From: Octopus bimaculoides
Lineage: Eukaryota
DNA: 63,576 bases
NCBI RefSeq assembly: GCF_001194135.2
Contig: NC_068982.1
Span: forward strand, 90,222,496-90,286,071
Reading direction: 5' to 3'
Of the stretch, positions 39,425 to 53,381 are shown piece after piece. The translations under genes were made by a program, and so were the position numbers. Below the pieces are notes generated by a model, which was not told the DNA's origin, searched no databases, and worked only from the letters and a program-made list of their open reading frames with translations. The first letter of the stretch is position 1. The number at the start of each line of letters is the position of its first letter.

Positions 39425-40417
39425 TCGTCGTCGTCGTTTAACGTCCGCTTTCCATGCTAGCATGGGTTGGACGATTTGACTGAGGACTGGTGAAACCAGA
39501 TGGCTGCACCAGGCTCCAATCTGATTTGGCAGAGTTTCTACAGCTGGATGCCCTTCCTAACGCCAACCACTCAGAGAGTGTACTGGGTGCTTTTACGTGT
39601 CACCCGCACGAAGGTAAGTCAGGCGGTACTGGCAACGGCCACGCTCATCTCGCTCGAAAAACCTCATGTGTCACCCGCACAAGAGCCAGTCCAGGGGCAC
39701 CGGCAACGATCTCGCTCGAAAATCCTACGACAACCCCACACAAGAGAGAGTTCAGGGGCNNNNNNNNNNNNNNNNNNNNNNNNNNNNNNNNNNNNNNNNN
39801 NNNNNNNNNNNNNNNNNNNNNNNNNNNNNNNNNNNNNNNNNNNNNNNNNNNNNNNNNNNNNNNNNNNNNNNNNNNNNNNNNNNNNNNNNNNNNNNNNNNN
39901 NNNNNNNNNNNNNNNNNNNNNNNNNNNNNNNNNNNNNNNNNNNNNNNNNNNNNNNNNNNNNNNNNNNNNNNNNNNNNNNNNNNNNNNNNNNNNNNNNNNN
40001 NNNNNNNNNNNNNNNNNNNNNNNNNNNNNNNNNNNNNGGCCCCGCACAAGAGCCAGTTCAGGGGCACGGCAACGATCTATTTCTATTTCACTTGCCTCAA
40101 CAGGTCTTCGCAAGTGGGGTTTAGTGTCCAATTTTAATTTAACTCGATTTCGATTTCACTTGCCTCAACAGGTCTACGCAGTGGAATTTAGTGTCCAACT
40201 TAACTTGATTTCGATTTCACTTGCCTCAACAGGTCTTCACAAGTGGAATTTAGTGTCCAATGAAGGAAGGAAGGTACGCATAAGTGGACTGGCTGGGCCT
40301 TAGATTTAGGTCTCACTTGGCTTGCCGGGTCTTCTCGCGCACAGAATATTTCCAAAGGGCCGGGTCTTCTCGTGCACAGTATATTTCCAAAGGTGCTGGG
40401 TCTTCTCGCGCAGAGTA
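39425..40417 (-). mobile_element. 3' end of a 5'-truncated LINE (RTE-like suspected) with tandem-repeat 3' UTR
   Basis: Minus-strand ORF end LWKYSVREKTRQAK* (40357-40313), then a UTR with 61-68-bp tandem units (40075-40262) and a second array around the gap, ending GCGGACGTTAAAC(GAC)n. The clade call is inference from the short-repeat tail. Confidence 0.65.
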
Positions 40418-40884
40418 TGATGATAATTTGGTGCTGTGTATGTAGATAGAGGTAAGCTGTCAGACCTATGCTAAGTGTCCAACTGTATTATCTACAAACC
40501 TTCTGCTGTGAATTCAAAAATTCCACGGAAATTATTCTGACCTGAATGTGACGCATTTGTTTACACCTTTCCTTTAACCTGACTGAACCCTAAAAATCAA
40601 GATTCCCGTATCAAACCAAAACAAGTATCTTCACCATACCTTTTTGTCAATCGCCTATTCTCCTCTATTACCCACTTTTTCTACAGAACATCTTTCTTTG
40701 TTTACCTACACGTTACCTAATTTTCCTCATACTGCTCCATCTCTCCTAAGACAAAACCCACCGGATACTATATAAGTCACAAAGAAACAAAGTAAATCAC
40801 AATGTGATAAAGGCGACCAAGTCGAAACTTCAAAGTCACTGTCAACCTTCTCCTTGAATAAAATTTCTCTTGTATAATCTTTTG

Positions 40885-41106
40885 TAATATTGGTTTCAAA
40901 TCCTGGTATACAAGACAAAGAATTTCTTGGGAGGGGCTAAGTCGATGACATCGACCACAGTGTTCAGGTGGGATTTATTTTACCGACCCGAATGGATGAG
41001 AGGCAAAGTAGGCCTCGACGAAATTTGAACTGAAAATGTAAAGACGGACGACGAAATGCCACTAAGCATGCCCGACATGCTAAAGATTCTTCCAGCTCGC
41101 CGCCTT
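40885..41106 (-). mobile_element. SINE family A, near full length
   Basis: Reverse complement: TAAGGCGGCGAGCTGGAAGAATCTTTAGCATGTC...CAGTTCAAATTTCGTCGAGG...GTCGATGTCATCGACTTAGCCCCTCCC. Confidence 0.85.
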
Positions 41107-42104
41107 AATCTCGTATAATATCACGACCAACATAGAAGCAATATACTAGCTTTTTTAAGTAGAATGCTTGAAATATTCATGACCCTTCTGCAAGAAACCA
41201 TTGGTAATATTATTAATCCACAGAGTATATAAATATACATGTACATAGAGAAAGAGAGAGAAAGACAAAGGTAGAGAGAGAGAGAGAGAGAAAAAGAGAG
41301 AGTGAGAGGTTGTAGTGTGTATAACACACTTCAAATTGTATACACGTGAAAATACGTACACTGAAACACAATGCAAATATATTTACCTTCACGCTATACT
41401 TTCCTTTCCTCCTCTCTCTCCCCCCTCTCTCTCACTCTCTCTCACACACACACACATACACACACACACATACACACACACACACACTCTCACATGATTT
41501 GTAAACCCATATACGTACACAGGCAAATATAAAGTAACTGTATTTCACTGGCACACATACACACATACATCTCCACATACACCAATAATCTTTGTCCTAC
41601 ACACATATACAAATACATACATACATGCGCAAGCATGCGAACGCTCATATAAACCATGGTCATGTCTACAAGCATGCAAATTCACACACATTTAAATTCT
41701 AGGTTTTTTTTTTATCCCCTCCTTATACTTTTCCTATTGCCCCAATTTCATTTATCTCGAGCATGGATGCATTGTTTACCTCAAACTTCTGAATTCACAG
41801 ATATATGCAGACAAATCGAAGCATAATTTACGTAGAAATAGATACACAAGCATACGAATGTTTATCATATTATATATATATTATATTATACAAATGATTT
41901 TGTTTGCAAACAACACTACCGACGACTAATGTCAAGAGAGTGTTCTGTGTATATGTCCATGTGCGTACAGACACACATAAACCTATATACATTGATTCGA
42001 ATAAGCGCACATATATCTAAACACTTTAAATCTATTTCATTTGCTATTAAATTCTTTCTGTTGATATGTCTTTAAACATCATTTTTTCCTCCTGCATTTT
42101 GTTC

Positions 42105-42160
<56 letters not shown>

Positions 42161-42803
42161 CGTCAACTTTTTCAAGTACAAATTGAAAAGGAGGATGAGG
42201 ATAGAGAGGAAAGTGTTGTCGAATGAAAGTTTCAACAANNNNNNNNNNNNNNNNNNNNNNNNNNNNNNNNNNNNNNNNNNNNNNNNNNNNNNNNNNNNNN
42301 NNNNNNNNNNNNNNNNNNNNNNNNNNNNNNNNNNNNNNNNNNNNNNNNNNNNNNNNNNNNNNNNNNNNNNNNNNNNNNNNNNNNNNNNNNNNNNNNNNNN
42401 NNNNNNNNNNNNNNNNNNNNNNNNNNNNNNNNNNNNNNNNNNNNNNNNNNNNNNNNNNNNNNNNNNNNNNNNNNNNNNNNNNNNNNNNNNNNNNNNNNNN
42501 NNNNNNNNNNNNNNNNNNNNNNNNNNNNNNNNNNNNNNNNNNNNNNNNNNNNNNNNNNNNNNNNNNNNNNNNNNNNNNNNNNNNNNNNNNNNNNNNNNNN
42601 NNNNNNNNNNNNNNNNNNNNNNNNNNNNNNNNNNNNNNNNNNNNNNNNNNNNNNNNNNNNNNNNNNNNNNNNNNNNNNNNNNNNNNNNNNNNNNNNNNNN
42701 NNNNNNNNNNNNNNNNNNNNNNNNNNNNNNNNNNNNNNNNNNNNNNNNNNNNNNNNNNNNNNNNNNNNNNNNNNNNNNNNNNNNNNNNNNNNNNNNNNNN
42801 NNN

Positions 42804-42870
<67 letters not shown>

Positions 42871-43292
42871 GTGTCCATCCATCTATGTATCTATCTATCT
42901 ATCCATTTATCGCTTTCCACAATTTTTCTTTTTCATTTATTTTTTCGAATTGATAATGTGTTCCGTTCATTTTAAACAATTTACCATTGTATTCCTTAAT
43001 TACATCCATTGAAAACCTCCTTATTTTTGTGAATGACATTCAGTCTTTTACATGCCTACACATAGACACACTCGTACGCATATATGTATACTCACACAAA
43101 ACAATTACATTTGAGCACGCAAATGCCATCACAAGATTTTACGAATGTATGTGTGTGTGCGTATGTGTGTATGTGGTGTATGTGTGTGTGCACACATATA
43201 CATATATATATATATATTCATCGAGAGATACAGAGAGAAAGAAACGCATATATATACAAATGCATACAGACACGCGTATATATGTGTGTGTG

Positions 43293-43343
<51 letters not shown>

Positions 43344-44410
43344 NNNNNNNNNNNNNNNNNNNNNNNNNNNNNNNNNNNNNNNNNNNNNNNNNNNNNNNNN
43401 NNNNNNNNNNNNNNNNNNNNNNNNNNNNNNNNNNNNNNNNNNNNNNNNNNNNNNNNNNNNNNNNNNNNNNNNNNNNNNNNNNNNNNNNNNNNNNNNNNNN
43501 NNNNNNNNNNNNNNNNNNNNNNNNNNNNNNNNNNNNNNNNNNNNNNNNNNNNNNNNNNNNNNNNNNNNNNNNNNNNNNNNNNNNNNNNNNNNNNNNNNNN
43601 NNNNNNNNNNNNNNNNNNNNNNNNNNNNNNNNNNNNNNNNNNNNNNNNTATATATATGTGTATGTACATACATGCACATATATATATGCATGTATGTATG
43701 TATGCATGCATGTATGCATGTATGTATGTGTGTATGTATGTATGTATGTATGTATGCATGTATGTATGTTTGAATGTATGAGCGTACGTATATAATACAT
43801 AGAGACACATACACTTCCTTGCATATCCAAAGCAGTTACTTTTAAATAGGTTCGTTAACCTGAAAATGCCAAGTTATAACGTTTTCAGACTTGCATGTTA
43901 ACAGATCAGAAATAAATTGTGTCTTAGTTATCAGCTGTCGTTCAGCATACATTTTCTTCTATTTTGTTTGTGTTCCTTTTCTTTTCTTCTGCTACAAATG
44001 TTTGTGATGAAAAAAGATGACATTTTGACTTCTCGATTCGTTTGTATTTGTTGAATTTGTTCAGTATTAAGAACTACACTGCACTGTTAACATTATCTGG
44101 GTGGCTTTTTACACATGTAAATACATGTACACGCACATATATGTGTGCACACGCATATAAATACATATGCATATATAGTTGCATGTACGTGTTGAGAATT
44201 TAAAATTAAAAAGATACCTAAGTGAACAAAACAGTTTAATACATGAATTCGAGAATTCGAGCTAAATATTTATTTTAAAAAGATAACAGTGACTTCAATG
44301 ACGTTTCGTTGAATCTGGCTTATCAAAGAGGACGGTGAAAACAGATATGAATGTATAGGTATGTAGGCATGTATGTATGTATGTATGTATGTATAAATGT
44401 ATGTATGCGC

Positions 44411-44482
<72 letters not shown>

Positions 44483-45435
44483 GTATATATATGCATACAT
44501 ACATATATACATACATATGTATATGCAGTGCGTGTTATGTGTTACTATAAATATTCAGTTTCGGTAAAATAATCGAAAATGGGGAAAAACATTGAACAGA
44601 TATAGCAATTATATAGATGTAATTCACACACACACACACACACACACGCGCGCAGATATATAGTAACAGGAAGCTATACCGAACAAAGAATCCAAGTATT
44701 GCAACAGGGTTGGTTCAATAATTGTATGTATGTGTACGTGCATGTGTGCATGAGTATGTGCCTGACTTAGAAATTCATGATGTTTGTATGAATAATGGGT
44801 TATCTTGATTGATGAAAAATACAGGAAAATTTAATTCGCTAAATATTGAACTTTTAAACAAAGTATTGTGTAATAAACGGGTATTTTCATTTCATGCATA
44901 AAGTATGTGGTATTAGGAAAATGAATTCAGTTGGAATTTACCTAAAATCTGTAAAGAAAAAAAAATGTTTCTTGAAATGAAAGTGAATTTAACTGAATGC
45001 ATGAAGGAATTGTAAAAATGTATAAAACAGTTTTTCTGAAAAGTGTAAGTTAAAAAAAGCTGTTATTTTTCGAAAAATCTTTCGATATTCTATGGTATCC
45101 ACGTATTTATCAAATAAAAGTACAGTACCAATAGAGACGATAAGACTTTAAAATTTATATTGTTATTCAAAGAGATGTTAGTCATATTTTATATTAGGTG
45201 AAAAGCTCAGAATCTATGTATTAAAACTTTAAAATACCTGAGCAAATAGTGATAAATATTTTGAATAACTGTATTGCTTATTCTCTTAAATCAAACGATA
45301 CTTAAAATACAAATAAAAGTTCTTTTCAAAAGCGAAATAAAATAACCTAAATTTGATGATTATAATGTAAGCATAAACAATTCAATTCAGATATATTAAA
45401 GAAACCCAAATAATATTTATGTATATGTTCATGTA

Positions 45436-45538
<103 letters not shown>

Positions 45539-45730
45539 CTAGATATACACACCTACATACATACATAACTAGATACATACATACCCAGACACACATACAC
45601 ACACACAAACAAACACAAACACACATACACACATACACCCCCCCACACACACACACAAACAGACGTATATGTATACACTATTCAGAAAAATAGCTCAAAC
45701 GTTTTATTCCTTCCTAAATACACACGTGTA

Positions 45731-45771
<41 letters not shown>

Positions 45772-46917
45772 GTGTATATATNNNNNNNNNNNNNNNNNNN
45801 NNNNNNNNNNNNNNNNNNNNNNNNNNNNNNNNNNNNNNNNNNNNNNNNNNNNNNNNNNNNNNNNNNNNNNNNNNNNNNNNNNNNNNNNNNNAATATTAAG
45901 ATTTATTAGATTAAACGAATTAAGGTCACTGGGAGGAGATTGTATTTGAAATTTACAGTTATTATTTAAACAAAAATTATTACGATTCACTGAACAACTT
46001 AAGAAAGAAAACAATGAGATTGTTAAAAGAAAAAAAAATGATTATTATTATAATAGTCTTTAAAAGATTTCTAGAATTGGCTAATAAGCGTAGATGTATA
46101 AAACTATATGTACATAGATGTTAAAACAGGCGCACACATATAAGCAGACACGAGTTTTAGGCATTTTTACAGTTAATATGACTCGGTTGAAGCAAAGCAA
46201 AGGAGAAAGTTATTGAATAAAAGTATAACTTTTCGGGCATAGTTCTTCGTCAGATACTAGGAGGAAATCCATGGAGAGAACAAGAAGAGAGGAAAGGTAA
46301 GAAGGAAGGGATGAGTATAAACAGTTGTTCCTCGATTTGCACGGTTTCACTTTAGCACAGTTTCAGCTTCTGGCGTTATCTTTTGAAATTAACGTGTACT
46401 GAAATGACATCTCATCGCTAATGTCGGTTTTATATTTCCTTTTCATCTTCATTTGCTCGATTTTGATGTAGACCAACGTATAAACTAATGCTAAGGTAAG
46501 AATTACTATTCATATTGTTTTATTTTCTTTTTTTTTCTTTTTTTTTGCGTATATTATTTTCAAGATTTTCGTGATTACAATCGATAATTTCAATTTCGAG
46601 TTTCGAATATCAAGAAAGTAGAATTCCCTGGAAATTGAAACCATTCCATTTAATCACATTTCAAATGGAAATGAATGGCTTAAATAGAGACTGTGGATCA
46701 GTTAATTATTAATGAAGCAACTATCAGAACACTGAAAAGAAACAAAGTAAAATATCAAACCAAGTATAATCATACAGACTTACCAACATCAATGAAACAT
46801 CGGCTACTTATTTTTGAGGGAAGATGAAACCGAAGAATACAACGGTGCACATAAGCACACACAGGTATATATATGTGTGTTGTGCGTGTGCCTACCCATA
46901 GTTAGTTTGAAATTTTA

Positions 46918-46950
46918 AGGTGTTTCTATTATTTTGTCCAACCCCTGTTA
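46918..46950 (-). mobile_element. Solo Tc1-like TIR
   Basis: Reverse complement ACAGGGGTTGGACAAAATAATAGAAACACCT resembles Tc1-type termini; no partner found in the window. Confidence 0.4.
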
Positions 46951-47041
46951 TTTAAGTGTCTGCATATATGTGTGTATTTGCAAACAATTGACACATAATT
47001 TTCCGTGTTAACTGTAAACAAAGGACAATTCATTCATCCAT

Positions 47042-47128
<87 letters not shown>

Positions 47129-47882
47129 CTTACATACATATATACATACACAACACACGCGTGCACACACATATGTGTGTGAGTGTGAGTGTCTGTGTCT
47201 GCGCCTGTATACTGGGGCGGGAAATAAGATTATCTTTAGTTGAACATGGTCAAAATAAGTCTTTTGTTGACATCGGTAATAGAAGCGCTGAAAAAAAACT
47301 ACACACACACACACTCATAATCCTTCCACATGTTCCACTTGCAACCTAGTTTCTCCTCTATTGAGGTTGTTTTTAGTCACTAGAAAGATTTTGCACGAAG
47401 CAAAACAAACTATTACTGAGTCATTACACTCTAACAGGACATATGCCTGCCAATAACCCAAAAAGCGTTCTGATTCTTCCAATGGTCTGAAGAGACTTAA
47501 ATCTGTAAATATTTATAGATGTGTGTCTGTGTGTGCGTGCTTGTATGTGTATGTGTTTTATGTACAACTCACAGCAAATGAGAAAGACTAAAGTAATATA
47601 AATATTACAAAGCCTAGCTTTATGAGGTTGTTTTCATTTTTATTTCGTACACATGTCATCTTTCTGTTATTTATGTCACAAATTTTAACTTACGATTTAA
47701 GGATAATGTCTTATAGATAAATGAATTGTTGGCAAGAAATATTTAGTGAACAAAGGAACAGAAGTAATTTTTGTCTAAAGATAACGTACTTATATAGATG
47801 TCACTGGTGATACTAAATAACCAGTTTTGTTAAATAAAATCTTAATTAAAATAAAGATTTCCAGGACAACTATATGTGTAAA

Positions 47883-47951
<69 letters not shown>

Positions 47952-49195
47952 CAAGAAGCTCAAAATAAGCTTAGCTTTTGCTGAATGTATAAGATAAGCT
48001 TTCTTTGCTTGACGCCAGAATAAGAAATCGCGAAAGGAGAGCAAAATAAATATTAGTTATATCTTCAAGTATTCAACTTTTAACATAAGTTATTTTTCTA
48101 AAGATGTTTTTTTAGTCATTCAATGATACATGAACCAAAACAAGCTAATTATAGATTATCGCCACCTGAAAGACCGTAGGTCTGCCACTCATGTAACAAA
48201 CGTTGTTTATTCTTTTATTATTGATGACCAGAAGAAATATATGTATGTACGCAAAGACAGATGCCATATTTCTGCATGGCGTTTAACTGATAAGAGAAAT
48301 AATATTTCTCAACAAGGGAGATATAACTTAGTTTGCTATTATCATCAATGTTTATGTTATTAAATATGCTTAATATTTTCGGTTGTGGCTAAATAAGAAT
48401 ATAAACACACTTTGTATATGTTATTGATGAGTGAAAATATGAAGAGATTCTCGTCACGGGCCGTTTTACGGGTTTTTGTCCGATAATAAGAGATGATGTG
48501 CATAATTGTCTTCCCCAATCATTGGCACAGTTCACCTGCTTTTTAACGCATCGCAGAAATAAATTATACCTGCACATTAGTGGATATTCTAAGTTGCATA
48601 TTTGTGCCTCTTCGTCTCTAAATGATATTGATTTTGTACAAAACACAACGGTAAACAGATGAGCTGGAATAAATTTAAATATTTCTAAAGCTGGACTAAA
48701 AACGTAAACGTGTTCTGAGTATTATTATTATCATTATTTGTTTTATTCTTTCAGTTTTGTTTCCATTTCCACCAAGTGTCTTCCCGACACTTAGAGTAGA
48801 GAAATTCACTGTAAACATTGATACGTCATTAAAATAAAAACACCAGATTGTTCATTTACAAAATCAATTAGAGTTATATCTAAAAATATATTTGCATGGA
48901 AGGATGTCATTCTCACAGCGACAATATTGTACTCAATACCTGTGAGGTATCTCTTGAAACAGTCTTTTGCACTTCTTGTAGGGGCGGTAGAGTAGGGATC
49001 GTTCTCAAATAATTTACAAGAAAATCCCAAAGAATCTATACATTTTTCTCCCTCAGTTACAGCCTCAAGGTGGTGATTATACTAATTGTCTACAATTTTG
49101 ATTTTATAATGCCGACATATCAATCAGTGGAGATATTGGCCAACTCTGTAATCCCTTTATGTATGATCTACTGGTGCTAAAACTTTACACCAGGA

Positions 49196-49196
49196 G

Positions 49197-49255
<59 letters not shown>

Positions 49256-49328
49256 CATCATCATCATCATCATCATCGTCATCATCATNNNNNNNNNNCA
49301 TCATCATCATCATCCTCATCATCATTAT

Positions 49329-49382
<54 letters not shown>

Positions 49383-49430
49383 TAGTAGTATCATCATCAT
49401 CATCATCATCATCAACATTATTATTATTAT
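49196..49430. repeat. Mosaic (ATT)(ATC)(AGC)(AGT)n trinucleotide array
   Basis: Direct reading. Confidence 0.96.
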
Positions 49431-50000
49431 AAGCGGTGCAGTTTCTAATAGGGAAAATTTAATAGATTTTGTAGGTGGAATTTACGGTTAGCGTTATAAA
49501 GTGGGCAAATTAAACCAATATAAAGGTGCCATTAAATTTTATAGGTGAACGAAATTCATCGTCTTTAAATTCCAATAACTGGAGAATTTTTACTGACCAA
49601 AATTACTTATGTGTGGAGCAAAGTTAGGGCTTAGAAAGTTAGAGTTGAACTAGGTCCCTTACAAGAACGTCATTAATGCGAGAACTTTCTTAGATAAATA
49701 CTAATGCAAATATTTACATTTTAGAACGATACACTGCAAATCCAATACAATTATTTGCGTGCTTTAGAACATACGTGAAAACACATGCACGCAACATATA
49801 CGCATACCTACATACTTTCAAAGTCATCATTCGTATGTATACATATGTGTATATATGTGTATACGCACATATAAAAACTCTGATACACACGCATGCAAAA
49901 GCACATACATGGGCATTACTTTTTTCATACGCATAGACTGTATGAAATTCCAATCAGATATTCCACTATATCTAAAGCTGTGTGTGCGTGTGTGTGTGTG

Positions 50001-50083
<83 letters not shown>

Positions 50084-50086
<3 letters not shown>

Positions 50087-50350
50087 GGTGTATGGCTTAG
50101 TCATTAGGGTGTTGCATTCATTATCTAGTGATCGGGATTTTAATTCCCAGTCTGGGTAGTGCGTTGTGTTCTTGAGCAAAACACTTCATCTCACATTGCT
50201 CCGCAATCACTTTAGCACCTGACATATGGTACTCCATGCACCTGTTCAGACAACATTTATTTGATGAAGAGAGTCGGTTAATGTGCGGTACGAACATTTG
50301 ATCACTATAAAACTATCTGTTGTGCAAGTTGTTCAGCAAAAGCTGAACGC
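50084..50350 (+). mobile_element. SINE family B
   Basis: GAAGGTGTATGGCTTAGTCATTAGG...GCGTTGTGTTCTTGAGCAAAACACTTCATCTCAC; colinear with 59917-60215. Confidence 0.85.
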
Positions 50351-50899
50351 TATGCATACATGTTCATGCATACTAAAGCAATTGTAACCAAAAATGAAGA
50401 TGTGCTATGTTCATTCTTTGTCTTTTCCTCTGGATTACACATGTATGAGAATATACAAATGTAGACAATCAAATAATATACAACCATACAAGGTAGACTA
50501 ACATACATAAAACTGAGAAATGACAGTAAGTATAATCGAATTCAATTTAATTCAATATAAACAGTGTCGACTTAAAATAATCATAGTGCAAACAAAACTG
50601 TAATATTAATATAATAGATTAGCAACGTGATCTGTCGAAATAAAACAGGACATTAGTTTTACTGATAACATTTAAAAGTAACAAGTGAAGTTGAATTAGA
50701 TCGGCAAAGAAGGGGACATAAGTGAGAGGTGATTGTGTACATTACTTGAATAAAAATGGGATGTAAATGTACTTACGAGGATGTTGGTAGGCTTCGCTAT
50801 TACCTGTTTTGGCATGTGATACGTGTAAAATAATTTACTGTGTTGAAGATTTTTATGTTTGCTTTACGAAACCAGTTTAGTGTTACAGTTAAATTTGTT

Positions 50900-51300
50900 T
50901 ACGAGATCATTTCGAAAAGTCTGGAGATATATATGTGACACGGTGTGTTATTGGCTTCCTGAAGCTGGTCTAAAATTAATGTTTTCCAAAGAATATTGAG
51001 GTGTATATTTCTTCACTTTAAAGTAAATATGCAAATATAGTGTTCGAAACAGATTGGTTATCAAACATATCGGTGTCGAAGTAGTTGTCGTATTGGTTGG
51101 TATGGTTATGTTGTACGCTATATCAACAGTATCCTACCTTCCCTTTTGAGAGAAAGATGATAGATTATTGCAGCTACGGTTGGTTGAAACTGTTGTGTGA
51201 TTTTCATTGTTAGATTTGGGTGATTTTTCAGGCTTAGAGTTGGCTATTGTTTGTCCGAAGATATTAGTCGTACTATTTGACAACTTCATGTTTTGTTCAT
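50900..51300 (-). mobile_element. Possible very old PLE GIY-YIG relic
   Basis: Minus translation SCNNLSSFSQKGR*DTVDIAY...TPICLITNLFRTLY loosely fits the Cys-linker plus IVY/YIG spacing of Neptune-type endonucleases. Confidence 0.25.
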
Positions 51301-52609
51301 TAATTAACTTAGAATATTTATTACATTTTCAGCTAGTCTGTGTGGTGGCGGTGGTGGGAGGGGGGGTTAAGTGTGTCTTTTAAAGTGTAAAGTAGCTAAT
51401 GGTGTGGAAATATTTCTACGCTCACCTAGTTCCATGCATGAGTGATTTCGGCCCCCGCACAAATTTCCACACAAATTGAATTTAAACAGCAATAAATATC
51501 ATTTGATTTAGAAATTCAATACCACTTCTGCTTTACCATACTCTTTAACATATCACCATTCTAAAATATTCCTTTTCTCATCCCGCAAAGGCCCAGCTTC
51601 AATAAATAATAAAACTTATACATACATACATACATACATACATACACAAACAGGCAGACACACATATATGTATCTGTTATGTACGTATGTATGTTTCAAG
51701 TTCAGTCTTACATTCTTACACGATCCACTGGTCCTTATTTCGATTCATATGTCTGCAAGCAACTAATTACACTTCACTCAGGTAACAGAATTATGCATAT
51801 AACTGCTACCCTCAGAAATGTCATTTACAATCTGACGAAATCGTTCGTTGGCGAAATTTCGAAGCTGCTAGCAATCTTTTTCAGTAAAAATAACTTTTAT
51901 TTTTTCCGACGTATACATACCAGATGTTTTTGTAGTTTTTGTTTGAATGTGTTAATGTAAAAATTATACATGAAATGCAAGACATATATGTCTAAAATTA
52001 TTTTTGTGAAGTAATTACAACAACGGAAATAGCAATACATCAAGTTTATATCATAAAGAAATTCCCAATGCCAAATCGTCGGTCACATATATCGTCTATA
52101 CAAATTTATATTTAGATAAATCCATACATGTGTTTACAGTTAAGGAATACCCAAAGCTTATTGTGTCAAATTCAAGGGTGCAGCAAGGCTCAGAGTTGTG
52201 ATATTCTAGTTAAGTTGCATTGCATTATTCCATTTGTCATATATGGCGAAGTTGTTGAGAATTTTGTTTCGCCACCATGAGATCCTGTGTTCAAGCCCAC
52301 TGCGTTGACTTTTAAACGTATTTTACTAAAACCTGGGCGGGTAATCAAAACTTCATGTATGGGATTGGGAAGGTGCAAACTCAGTCAAGGCACTGCAGGA
52401 AGAAAGCGTTTGTATTTTAAAGTTCTTACCTTGTTACACTATGTCACGCTGATTCTACATGAGAATTACGTGAAAGATATGTCTCAGCCAATTATACGCC
52501 CATTCAATAAGCATTTAGATACAGTCGTTTGGAAACTCTGCTGGTCATATCACATAGTCAATGAATGAGTTGATCATAATTTTATGCATACATACATACT
52601 TACATACAT

Positions 52610-53333
52610 GTCATCATGGTATTATCTACCGATGAGACATGACGTTGTAGCAAGGACACACTATAATAAAATCCGTCGGAAGGATAATCCCGAGGATAAA
52701 GAAATTAAAACCCACAGCCACTTTTAATGAAAAGGAATACTAGTGGAATGTACCAGTGATGACCTCAATAAAATGTAAGCACAGCAGCCATGATATAATG
52801 ATTTGGGATAGAGAAGAGAAACTGTGTAAAATTGTAGAAACTAGCTGCCCAGTGAAAAAGAGAACACCTATGTTGAACTATTGAGAAATCTAAAGTTACT
52901 CTATCCAGATTACAAGTACAGGTTCATACCTGTAATTATTAGGGCCCTGGAATATATAACACACTACCTAAATACCAATCTTGAGAAATTAGGCTTCTCA
53001 AAACCAGAAAAGAGAAAACTAATTCGAAAGCTACAGATCCGATCCATCACTGGAACTGTAAAAATCTGTAAAACTTTCCAGAAGTTTATCATTCAAATAT
53101 ATACGAGCATGTTTAGATATGTAACTCTATGCATGAAACTACATACATAAAACATACAAATGTGCACATACATGCATAAATACATTTATACATACATATA
53201 TACATACATACATACAAACAAAAATACCCTGTTGTTGATATTGAAATTCTAATGAAGGAACCTTGGATCTAGGTTAGAAACCGGTTCTTTCTCTATTGGC
53301 AGGAAATCTTGAAATAAACTGAATCATGACATA
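52610..53333 (+). mobile_element. R4/Dong-like LINE 3' end, 5'-truncated, relatively young
   Basis: YLPMRHDVVAR; *WNVPV; HDIMIWDREEKLCKIVETSCP (REL PD-(D/E)xK); YKYRFIPVIIRAL; SITGTVKICKTF. 3' UTR with AATAAA. 27-bp TSD at 52583-52609 and 53334-53360 (1 mismatch). Confidence 0.88.
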
Positions 53334-53347
53334 TATGCATACATACA

Positions 53348-53381
<34 letters not shown>

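Noticed and set aside
39640-40420. CRISPR-like repeat arrays
   Set aside because: The units are contiguous tandem repeats without unique spacers, in a eukaryotic LINE context with no cas genes.
40727-40918. 63-aa ORF with an apparent acceptor
   Set aside because: Its start and acceptor derive from the tail of the adjacent family A SINE.
46322-46365. Tigger/pogo-like TIR CAGTTGTTCCTCGATTTGCACGG
   Set aside because: No matching second terminus found in the window; resemblance only.
49625-49645. Telomere-like TTAGGG motif
   Set aside because: A single degenerate occurrence, not an array.
50902-50924. bantam-miRNA-like sequence CGAGATCATTTCGAAAAGTCTGG
   Set aside because: The first base and 3' half mismatch, and no complementary 5' arm forms a precursor hairpin.
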